A DNA stretch of 36,191 nucleotides, from positions 1 through 36,191 of IMG/VR virus record IMGVR_UViG_3300037851_000187; one strand, given 5' to 3'. Positions 8,972 to 16,899 of the stretch are shown here, one piece after another; position 1 is the first letter of the stretch, and each line of letters opens with the position of its first letter. Origin of the DNA: a virus (lineage: Duplodnaviria; Caudoviricetes). The notes under the pieces were generated by a model that saw only the letters and a program-made list of their open reading frames with translations, was not told where the DNA came from and did not search any database. The translations under genes and the position numbers were made by a program.

Positions 8972-9409
8972 TTACGGAGCGTTTAGCTTCGTTGAGTAGC
9001 GCACCTGAAAGTTGGTGACCACGGCAGATGCCGCAGCGTTACTAACCCAGGCGAGCTTGAGATACCCGATGCCGCCCACAACGAAGTTGGTTACGGCATG
9101 GGTGGCTGTAGTGCCGGCATTGGCGACGGGCACAAGCAACACATCAGCGCCATAGCTCGTGCCGTCAACGGACTTGGCAAACGCGAACACGGTGTTCGCG
9201 GTGTTAGCAGCGTCGCTCTGCGTCTTGAGTTGGAGCGCGACGTTCTGGCATTTGCGGCAGTCGATAACCGCCGTTGTCGCGCCGTTAGTCGCCGAGGATC
9301 CGGCGATCTGCGAGAAGCCCGGTGTGACCGTGCCCCAGCCGTATTTCTGCGCGTGGACCGAGCAGGTCAACAGCGCCAGTGCGAGGATGGTTCCGAAGAA
9401 GATTTTCAT
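8972..9409 (-). CDS. Signal-peptide protein in the capsid-decoration position (145 aa)
   Basis: MKIFFGTILALALLTCSVHA|QK; beta-sandwich-like (KSVDGTSY, GYLKL); directly after the capsid gene with an AAAGGA RBS. Confidence 0.65.
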   Translation of the reverse strand: MKIFFGTILALALLTCSVHAQKYGWGTVTPGFSQIAGSSATNGATTAVIDCRKCQNVALQLKTQSDAANTANTVFAFAKSVDGTSYGADVLLVPVANAGTTATHAVTNFVVGGIGYLKLAWVSNAAASAVVTNFQVRYSTKLNAP

Positions 9410-9451
9410 CTTACTTAGTGATCCTTTCTTGGTTGATTGGTTGCAGATTGG

Positions 9452-11365
9452 TTACGCGCTCTTGAGCAAGCAGCCAGCGGCGGGGTCGCCCTTGGCAGCG
9501 CCGAACAGCACATCCATCGTCCACCAACCCGTGCGGCTCGCGGTCGAGAACCAGGTATAGCTGGCAACACTGAGCCCGATACCCGGCACAGTCACAACCT
9601 CGCGGGCGAGGTTAGACGCACCGATCATGTTGGGCGCTTCAGCGGGCAGCATCGCCCCAATGCAGATAGCCTGCGGATTGCAGGCGAAGCCGTAGGTGTT
9701 GGTCTCGGCTCCGGTCCAGTTGGTGTTGAGATAGAACCCATCCCAGCCGGGCAGCGTGTTACCCGCAAGCGGGTTGAAGTTTTCGAGCGTGGCGGGCAAG
9801 AAATACTTGTAGTAGTTCTGATGCAGCATCACGTTCTTGATCGGTGACTTCGCGATTGACCCCCACATGTTGTCCAGATCGTCCTTCGTGAAGTTGGTGC
9901 TGGTCGCAACTACCGCGGACGTTCCAGCCTCAAGCTGACTGGTGCGGTCGAAGTTGGTTGTGGTGATGATCGCGTTGACAAGGGACTGAAGCTTGTCGGC
10001 CATCTCGGCGGCCTTGATCTCGGCGAACCAGCCCATGCGCCAGCCGTTGGTCAGCTCCGCATTGGTGATGTGCGCCCCGACGGTGATCTGCGCCGGGGTG
10101 ATCGCAATGTCGTCCATCGTACCGACAAAGTTAGTCGTGTCCTCAAAACTCGTAGCCCCGCTCTGCGCCGTGCCGCCAGCGGTGGCAATCGGCACTTCGA
10201 TGATGTTCCGCTTGCCCTGCGCAGCCGTGGCCGTGAAGTTGCGCGCGAACGCATTCAGCGGCGCGAGCCGATTCTGTAGGACGGTGATGAAACCCTCAGC
10301 GAGAACGGCGGGGGTAAGCGCGCCAGCGGCGGTGTCGGTGTTGGCGTCGTAGATGACGGGGTAACTGCGGCTAAGTTCGCCCCAGTTGTCGCGGAGAAAC
10401 TCGAACCGTTTCTTACCGCGCGGCATGGGTTTGAGTAGGTCGTTCAGACCTTCGCGGGTGATCTGCGCAGGGCCGGTGCTCACCGGCTTGTTAGCGAGCG
10501 CCTTCACCTGAAGCTCAAGTGCGGCGATGCGGTCATCGGCGGTCTGGTTAGGAGCCGCCGGGGTATTGGTATCAGTCATTGGATCCTTTGTGTTACTGTT
10601 GGTGGCGGGGTTAATTGGCGGCTCCGCCTTGCCGTCCACGGCACTAGCCGGGGAAAGAGCAGCAGCCGCAGGCGTGACGGGATTGCACTCGGTCTCTGCC
10701 GTTGCGTTGTGTGTGTCCCCTTTGCCGTGCGTGCTGCCGAAAATCTGACTTAGTAAGTCGTGCGGTATGTTCTTGAATTTGCTCGCGTCGAACTTAGCGA
10801 GCGCCACCGGCTCCTCGTTGGTCTCAGTCGCGAACCCGAGCGTCACCGCTTCACCGCCGCGAAACCATGTTTCCGCCTTCATCTTCTCGCGGGCCTCGTG
10901 CAGCGTGATGCCGGCGCGGTCCCGATAGATCGCTGCGATAGCGTCACCGTGGATCTCAAGCATGGCTGCGGTCTTGAGCATGTCCTCGGCATTACCGCTG
11001 GCCACGGTCCAGGGCTCGTGTATCATCCACATGGCCCCCGACGGACTAATGCGCCTGGCGCCGGCGAGCGCGACCACGGAAGCAATCGAAAGCGCATAGC
11101 CATCAACGCGAGTCGTGACCTTATCTCCTCTTCGGAGCAGGGCGTGATAGATGCCGAGCCCGTCCTTGACACTGCCTCCTTCGGAGTTGATGCCAATCGT
11201 AATAGGTCGATCCTCGGGAATTGCTTGTAACGCATCGGTGAACTCCTTCTCGCTTATACCGCTGTCATCCCACCAATCCTTGCCGATAGTGCCTTGGATC
11301 AGGATCTCGGCGGGCTTGTTAGCCTCGTTGCGAATTGTCAACCATGGTTGAGATTTTGCGCTCAT
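9452..11365 (-). CDS. ClpP-type (S14) prohead protease fused to major capsid protein (637 aa)
   Basis: Start MSAKSQ at 11365 (ATGA overlap with portal); INSEGGSV, ALSIASVVALAG, MIHEPW, ETWF ClpP motifs; Pro/Ala linker; capsid-like C-terminal domain. Confidence 0.85.
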   Translation of the reverse strand: MSAKSQPWLTIRNEANKPAEILIQGTIGKDWWDDSGISEKEFTDALQAIPEDRPITIGINSEGGSVKDGLGIYHALLRRGDKVTTRVDGYALSIASVVALAGARRISPSGAMWMIHEPWTVASGNAEDMLKTAAMLEIHGDAIAAIYRDRAGITLHEAREKMKAETWFRGGEAVTLGFATETNEEPVALAKFDASKFKNIPHDLLSQIFGSTHGKGDTHNATAETECNPVTPAAAALSPASAVDGKAEPPINPATNSNTKDPMTDTNTPAAPNQTADDRIAALELQVKALANKPVSTGPAQITREGLNDLLKPMPRGKKRFEFLRDNWGELSRSYPVIYDANTDTAAGALTPAVLAEGFITVLQNRLAPLNAFARNFTATAAQGKRNIIEVPIATAGGTAQSGATSFEDTTNFVGTMDDIAITPAQITVGAHITNAELTNGWRMGWFAEIKAAEMADKLQSLVNAIITTTNFDRTSQLEAGTSAVVATSTNFTKDDLDNMWGSIAKSPIKNVMLHQNYYKYFLPATLENFNPLAGNTLPGWDGFYLNTNWTGAETNTYGFACNPQAICIGAMLPAEAPNMIGASNLAREVVTVPGIGLSVASYTWFSTASRTGWWTMDVLFGAAKGDPAAGCLLKSA

Positions 11366-12810
11366 GTCGTAGCTGGTTCGGTGGTGGTTGTGGCTGGCTC
11401 GGGTTGTGTGTCCGTGCCGCCGAGTAATGAACCGGGGATAAGTCCAAGCTGGACTTCCTTCTCCTTCGCGTAAGACGCCTCGCGCCCGCGTTGGTCGATG
11501 ATGTCCTGCCAATCCTGCCCGGTCTCGGCAGCGATGCTTTCGAGGGTGCGGAACCCGGCCTTCCACTCGTTGATCAGCGCGGTGCTGTTGCGGCCGACAT
11601 CGACGTTGATTGCGCGCGGCGGCGTGAACTTGATGTTGCGCCAGTCACCCGGCTGTCCCGCGCGCAATGGTAGGGTCGAACCGATCACATGTTCCCACAC
11701 GCGACGGAACGCCTCTCCCCGGGCTGCGGTGCGGCATCGGAAAAAGCCGTTGGCCATGTCGAGCGCGGCCCTGGTCATGGTCCCCTGTAAGGACCGCATG
11801 ATTAGGATCTCGACGGGGAGCCCCAGGCCCGCAGCGGCCCGTGCGCTGACATAGTCCCAGAACGATTGCACAGCCACACTCGGGCGGTCGCTCGCGAACT
11901 GCTGATACTCATCACCCTTCTGGAGCACGACGGTCTCGGCGCCGATCACGTCATGATAGAAGTCCGACTTACTGCTGGTCACCGCCGTGCCCGCTGGTGT
12001 CTGCGTGCTCTTATCGAGCCTGGACCGGCGCAGTTGCGACACGCTAACTTCACCCGTTGCAGTCTTGATCACCTTACTGGTTCGAGCCGCGTCCTTAGCG
12101 GCCCTCATCTCGAACCCTTGCAGTTCGTCTAAGTCGATCAGATCACGCAGCACCGCGTAGACTATCGGGAGCCCACGCACCTGGCCGACACGCGACGGCT
12201 CGAAGATATGCAGCATTTGCTCGGCGGGTATCTCGGGCCACGGCTTGCTCGGATCGGCGGGCTTAATGAAATAACTCACGGGCCGGTCGTTCGCATCGAG
12301 CCTGACACCGTCAAACACGCGATCTTTTTCGGTCAACCCCGGCGGGGTCTCGATGTGCTCCGACTCGATCAGCTTGATCCTCGGGCGCGCTGTGCTGCCG
12401 AAGGTCAAGTGGATGAACACCTCCCCGGCAACCTCGACCTCGCGCTCGATGAGACTCTGCCGCTGACCCCACCCGAACAGGCTCGATATGTCGCAATACG
12501 GTTCCCATCCCGCGAACTCCGCGTTCGCGCGCGCGCCCCAGGCGGTGTTAGCCGAATCGCTAACTATGCGCAGGCCAGTCGGCCCGATGACATATTGCTC
12601 GCATAAGTCCAAGAACCGATTGAACAAAGGATCGCGCCGCTCCAGGTCGCGCGACCAACTGAGCATGGAGCGGCGCACCCCATACGGAATGTCTTTCTTG
12701 GCTTCCTGCGACGTGTTAACCCACCATCGGCGGTCCGGGGTCCACTCTTGCAGGTGATACCCCGCGAGCACTTCCCATGCGGTCTTGATCCGGCGCAGCA
12801 GGTTAGGCAT
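11362..12810 (-). CDS. Lambda-family portal protein
   Basis: SRDLERRD, GEVFI, LIESEHI, DGVRLD..RPVSY, HIFEPSRVGQVRGLP motifs. Confidence 0.9.
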   Translation of the reverse strand: MPNLLRRIKTAWEVLAGYHLQEWTPDRRWWVNTSQEAKKDIPYGVRRSMLSWSRDLERRDPLFNRFLDLCEQYVIGPTGLRIVSDSANTAWGARANAEFAGWEPYCDISSLFGWGQRQSLIEREVEVAGEVFIHLTFGSTARPRIKLIESEHIETPPGLTEKDRVFDGVRLDANDRPVSYFIKPADPSKPWPEIPAEQMLHIFEPSRVGQVRGLPIVYAVLRDLIDLDELQGFEMRAAKDAARTSKVIKTATGEVSVSQLRRSRLDKSTQTPAGTAVTSSKSDFYHDVIGAETVVLQKGDEYQQFASDRPSVAVQSFWDYVSARAAAGLGLPVEILIMRSLQGTMTRAALDMANGFFRCRTAARGEAFRRVWEHVIGSTLPLRAGQPGDWRNIKFTPPRAINVDVGRNSTALINEWKAGFRTLESIAAETGQDWQDIIDQRGREASYAKEKEVQLGLIPGSLLGGTDTQPEPATTTTEPATT

Positions 12811-13198
12811 AGGTGGGGCTGGAGAAGTCGGGGCGAATAGTACCGAACCGCTCGACGCTGGTTAGTTCATCGCGAACGATCATCGCATCGTAGATCTGCG
12901 TGTCGGTGGGGGTGGCTGTGCCCGCCGCAATCAGCGCATCGCGGCATAGGTCGTGCACTTCGACTAGGGCGGTCGCGGCATCAGCAGTTTCCATCGCGGT
13001 CATCGCGCCCGGGCCAGAGGGAGAGAAGGAAGATGAGTTACCACCCGTCCCGGCAGATGAGACGGACCCGCCCGCGACTAGCTTAGCTGACTCACGCTCG
13101 CGATAGCGCAGTTGCTCGCGCAGGGTGCGACCTTGCTCTGCGGCCTCGTCCACCGCATCCCGAAGCATGCGGCGCAGTGTCGATGCTGTTGCAGCCAT
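12803..13198 (-). CDS. Head-tail adaptor in the gpW position
   Basis: 131 aa, immediately upstream of a lambda-type portal. Confidence 0.45.
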   Translation of the reverse strand: MAATASTLRRMLRDAVDEAAEQGRTLREQLRYRERESAKLVAGGSVSSAGTGGNSSSFSPSGPGAMTAMETADAATALVEVHDLCRDALIAAGTATPTDTQIYDAMIVRDELTSVERFGTIRPDFSSPTYA

Positions 13199-13216
13199 TC
13201 ATAGACAAGGGAGAGC

Positions 13217-13285
13217 GTGAATTTATGCACACAATTTTGGGGTGTTTCCTAGGGATTTGCGGGATAAAGTGTGCACTCCGTGCAC
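13217..13285. promoter_or_regulatory. Paired imperfect palindromes upstream of the head operon (candidate late promoter)
   Basis: GTGAATTTATGCAC (13217-13230) and GTGCACTCCGTGCAC (13271-13285); right ends 55 bp apart. Confidence 0.5.
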
Positions 13286-13680
13286 TAATCACGCAGCGCC
13301 GTAAGGACGGCGGTGCGCCGATTATAGATTTCGCGCCGGGATAGGTTGACGCGCTTAGCTATCTCATCTGCGGTTTCCATCCCGGGCCGCTTCATGCCAA
13401 GCGCCCAGGCCGCAATGACCGCTGCCCCATGCGGATCTCGCGCGTCAATGATGTCGGTAAGCAACCGATTCAAGATCTCGGCGATAGTCTTGAGCGCGTG
13501 CGATGCAACAAACTCATCCAGGGCCGCGCGTATCTCGGCGTTGTCCAGTAGCGTTTCTATCTCGTCCGGGTAGGCGAACCCGGTAGACGGCAGAATCTTG
13601 TGTCCACTATGCACGCAGTTGGTTTCTCTGCCGCCGGGGGATTCATCTCTAATGCTCATGTTTTGCACGGGGTCACTCAT
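13285..13680 (-). CDS. C-terminal HTH regulator, paralog of 26668..27156 (putative late activator)
   Basis: Start at 13680 (ATGA overlap with TerL); HTH-like TADEIAKRVNLSRREIYNR; shares FAYPDE, AEIL.RL and A.WA.G motifs. Confidence 0.65.
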   Translation of the reverse strand: MSDPVQNMSIRDESPGGRETNCVHSGHKILPSTGFAYPDEIETLLDNAEIRAALDEFVASHALKTIAEILNRLLTDIIDARDPHGAAVIAAWALGMKRPGMETADEIAKRVNLSRREIYNRRTAVLTALRD

Positions 13681-15512
13681 AGTTCTTCCTCTAGCTTGAA
13701 CAGTCCGTAATACATCGCCAAAGCTACCTGCATCTTCTCGCAGTCTAACAAGTGGTCCGGCCAATGCGCGTGGCGCTTGCGCCATTGCATCGTTGTCTGA
13801 CCGGTCACCTTGTTGATCGTTGCGACCTTGATACTGCTGTCCAGATGTCGCCAGTAAGTCTCGGTCGCCACTGCCTTCTGCACCGCCCACTGATACCCGC
13901 CGCGTCCGGCGCGAAGTGCTTCGAGCACGTCCAAAAAGAAATCGCCGGAGAACTCGAACAGGGACATGGACAGCTTGCCCGCTTCCGTGGTTCCCATGAA
14001 CGGGTCTATCGACCGGATGTAATAGGGGACATACATGCCGGTCTCGTTATCCTTCCATCTCTTGCGCCCCGGCATGCCTTTCGCTGGCATCCACCCGACA
14101 TGCAGCGGCAATGTGATGGTGTCCACCCTCTCGCCGTAACTGGCGCAGTTGCGGTAGACCTCGGCATCCGACTTAGCGCCATAGCCCGAGTCAACCAGCA
14201 CGCCCACGTCCTCGGCGGCATGCTCAAGCTGCACGGCGCGCAACTCCTCCCAGGTATCGCATGAGCCTGCCGCGAGCGCGTTGCTGTTGCCGTCCAGCCA
14301 TTCGCGCACAACAAACCAGAAGTGTGGCGCGCTCTGCTGACAGTCCACGGTAAGCAGCGGCTTTGCGCCTGGTGTTTGCCCGAGCTTTTCGCTTACTATC
14401 TCGACACGTTCCGCGCCGATGTCCTGCCGCTCGTATGGTTCGGCTAAGTCGCCGTTGATGAACCCCTGCAAGCCCATCAGACTGCGCTTGTCGCGCAGGA
14501 ATTTGATCGCCAGTTTGCCGAACCCGGTCTCGGGCGAGCATGCGTACAGGCTCGGCAGATGCCGAGACCGGAACCCGGCGTCACCCGGCGATGTCGGTCG
14601 CCACTCACCACGAGGCAGGATCCGGGTCTTATCACCGTCCCGAATGTGCCCGCCGCAATGCGGACATTCCGCGCGGGCTGATTGCGCGACGCGGTCTAAG
14701 TCCCATGTGCCGTTAGGCCGGCGCGCTTCCTTATCCCACCTGACGAAAGCTAACTCAGGCAACAGCGGCAGGACGGTGTATTGCTTGCTCCAGGCCAGCA
14801 CGACGGACTTACCACACGATGGGCACGGGACGAAGTATCTGCGCTGGTCGCCCTTGAGATATTCCTGCCACACTAGTCCGGTGATCAACGTGGGCGAACT
14901 GGTCTTGCGCCGTTGCGGGTATGGTTGCCCCTTGGTGCGTTGCTCGGCGAGGTTGACCGCGTCCGCCTCGTTGCCGCCCGTGTCGAACTTGTCGACCTCG
15001 TCGAGTATCACCTTGCGCGCCGGACGGCTGGCCAGGTTGCCGGGCGAGTTAGACCCGACAAAGTTGATCACGCTACCACCGACGGACTGTTGGAGTTTCT
15101 TGAACGCATGCCGCCCCGCACCTGCCGGGATAAGTTCCGCGGTGCCCGGGCTGGCCCGCAGCATCGGCATCCACCTTGTCTCGGCAAAGCTACGCGCAAG
15201 GTCGATGGACGGCATCACCCATAACATGCCGCACGGGTCATGCACCAGGGACCACGCTACCCCGGCCATCAGCATCCCAGTCTTGCCGGACTGCGTGCCG
15301 AATACCTCGACACAATCCGAGATAGTCACATCAGACCAATCGTTCAGCGGCTCGATCACATACTCGCGGCCCGCAGTCGTGAACGGCCCGCGATTGCCGG
15401 GCTCATCGAACCGCAGCTGGGCACAGCACCAGTCTGCTACGGAGCCAGTGAAGCGCGGCGCGTAACAGGCCAGCCCGCGCCGACGCAATTCCTCCCGTTG
15501 TGTAGCAGTCAT
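13677..15512 (-). CDS. terL: Terminase large subunit, lambda GpA family (611 aa)
   Basis: Walker A GTQSGKT, Walker B VILDEVD, SSPT, GDQRRYFVPCPSCG, CPHCG, DHLLDC. Confidence 0.92.
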   Translation of the reverse strand: MTATQREELRRRGLACYAPRFTGSVADWCCAQLRFDEPGNRGPFTTAGREYVIEPLNDWSDVTISDCVEVFGTQSGKTGMLMAGVAWSLVHDPCGMLWVMPSIDLARSFAETRWMPMLRASPGTAELIPAGAGRHAFKKLQQSVGGSVINFVGSNSPGNLASRPARKVILDEVDKFDTGGNEADAVNLAEQRTKGQPYPQRRKTSSPTLITGLVWQEYLKGDQRRYFVPCPSCGKSVVLAWSKQYTVLPLLPELAFVRWDKEARRPNGTWDLDRVAQSARAECPHCGGHIRDGDKTRILPRGEWRPTSPGDAGFRSRHLPSLYACSPETGFGKLAIKFLRDKRSLMGLQGFINGDLAEPYERQDIGAERVEIVSEKLGQTPGAKPLLTVDCQQSAPHFWFVVREWLDGNSNALAAGSCDTWEELRAVQLEHAAEDVGVLVDSGYGAKSDAEVYRNCASYGERVDTITLPLHVGWMPAKGMPGRKRWKDNETGMYVPYYIRSIDPFMGTTEAGKLSMSLFEFSGDFFLDVLEALRAGRGGYQWAVQKAVATETYWRHLDSSIKVATINKVTGQTTMQWRKRHAHWPDHLLDCEKMQVALAMYYGLFKLEEEL

Positions 15513-15513
15513 G

Positions 15514-15717
15514 TCAATGGTAGAGGAGCCAGCCACGCTCGGAGTTGCGGAACTCGGCGCGGCCGCATTTTGCGCAGACGCGGTAATAGCTGAGATGCAC
15601 GCGCCACTGATGCCGACATAGCAGCGGACTGCGGAAGATAGACAGCATCCACAGCACAAAGCGCATGGGCCAGTAGCCGAGCGGCCTGCGAATAGTAGTG
15701 GGTTGTTCGGGGGTCAT
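15514..15717 (-). CDS. Hypothetical protein (CRHQW...CAKCG zinc-binding-like)
   Basis: AGGAGG RBS; lies between TerS and TerL. Confidence 0.55.
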   Translation of the reverse strand: MTPEQPTTIRRPLGYWPMRFVLWMLSIFRSPLLCRHQWRVHLSYYRVCAKCGRAEFRNSERGWLLYH

Positions 15718-15727
15718 GCGTCCTCCT

Positions 15728-15958
15728 TTATAGCAGCGAGCACTTGGTTAATGCATTCGACCCCTTGCCGCAGTCGGCGGAGATGGCATGGGTTAAAGCC
15801 TCTAGGTCGCTCTGGTCGCGCTCCTTCACCGCCGCGATTAGATCGGGCAGGTCGCTCATGACCTCGCGCGCGATCTCAATTTCGGCTGCCGGGGTGAGAT
15901 GCTCGTTAGCCCACTCTTCGTTCAGTTCTTCCAGTCGTTTCAGGGTTTCAGGTTTCAT
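15728..15958 (-). CDS. Hypothetical acidic helical protein
   Basis: 76 aa, A-rich leader, packed within the operon. Confidence 0.55.
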   Translation of the reverse strand: MKPETLKRLEELNEEWANEHLTPAAEIEIAREVMSDLPDLIAAVKERDQSDLEALTHAISADCGKGSNALTKCSLL

Positions 15959-16013
15959 TTTGTGGTTGGGTTAGTAGCGCTAAGAAAGGCTAAGATGAAC
16001 TCCGCTGCGACGG

Positions 16014-16532
16014 TCATAGTTTCTCTATCTCCCCCCCGCAATACCTCAAGCTTTCATCACTCCATTGTTGCAGCGCCCGGCGCGCAAACTCCGGATCGCT
16101 CGGGTTACAGCGGCTCGCTAACTCCGCCGGCGCACCTAGCAGCCGTTGCCGCGCCGGTAACAGCATCCTGCGGATCATGTCCGCCGCTTCCTCCAGCGGC
16201 ACCAGCTCGCGCTTGCTCACCCGCAGCCGCTCCTCCAGCAGCTTGCGCCGCGCCCTGGTCTCTTTCTCCTGCTCCTCCCGCAGCCCATCCCGCAGCTCCC
16301 GCAGCTCGCGGTAGTACCGGAACAACCCCCGCTCGGTCTCGTCCCGGTCGAGATACACACCCCGCACCGGACCGGGATAATAGCCCCGTTTCGCGATCTG
16401 CCGCAACCGCCGGTCCGTTAGCCCCGTCAGTTCAGCCAGCCGATCTGCCTCGATAGGTCCGCCGCCACAATGCCCCGCATTTGCGTCAGGATGACTTATA
16501 CGGGGTTTTTCCGCTCGGGGGGTGTCAGACAT
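16014..16532 (-). CDS. terS: Terminase small subunit, Nu1-like
   Basis: N-terminal wHTH (LAELTGLTDRRLRQI), coiled coil, ELVPLEEA, upstream of GpA TerL. Confidence 0.8.
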   Translation of the reverse strand: MSDTPRAEKPRISHPDANAGHCGGGPIEADRLAELTGLTDRRLRQIAKRGYYPGPVRGVYLDRDETERGLFRYYRELRELRDGLREEQEKETRARRKLLEERLRVSKRELVPLEEAADMIRRMLLPARQRLLGAPAELASRCNPSDPEFARRALQQWSDESLRYCGGEIEKL

Positions 16533-16719
16533 AGGGCCGGAAACTGAAGTGGCTTAAAACGGCGTTTAACGCAAAACGAACGAACCTCAAGCGACCCGGC
16601 TTTCCGGACCGCTCAAAGAGATTCCTTGTCCCTATATCCTCCATGGCGCGTATAGGAGCATGGGCTATTGGAGGTATTAGGGTGCGCATGGGGTCGTAAC
16701 AGGGCGGGCTATTGGGGTC

Positions 16720-16896
16720 TGCTAATCTGCTAAAATCGCTGCTAACGGATTTAGCAGTAGGGGCAGGGGTCAGCGCACAGTTGCTACACTTGCTAACTAA
16801 CACCCCCTTTAGGGGGTGGTTAGCAGTTAGCAACGCGCTTTGCCTTCGAGTTGCTAATGTTTTGGGCTTGGAAATACTCATTTTAGCAAGTTAGCA
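16720..16896. other. Putative replication origin (iterons plus central hairpin)
   Basis: Five TGCTAA and five TTAGCA copies around CACCCCCT-TT-AGGGGGTG (16801-16818), directly downstream of the primase-helicase. Confidence 0.65.
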
Positions 16897-16899
16897 GGA

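Noticed and set aside
11366-11566. Longest-ORF N-terminal extensions (capsid fusion, TerL, spike, helicase, pentapeptide protein, lipoprotein)
   Set aside because: They overlap upstream genes or lack support; downstream ATGs with stop/start overlaps or A-rich leaders fit better and expose the signal peptides
14419-15465. 348-aa plus-strand ORF and many other antisense ORFs
   Set aside because: They lie antisense to well-supported genes in GC-rich DNA and show no recognisable motifs
16525-16881. 118-aa minus-strand ORF
   Set aside because: It overlays the iteron/hairpin array and has no motifs; better explained as non-coding ori/cos DNA, though not excluded
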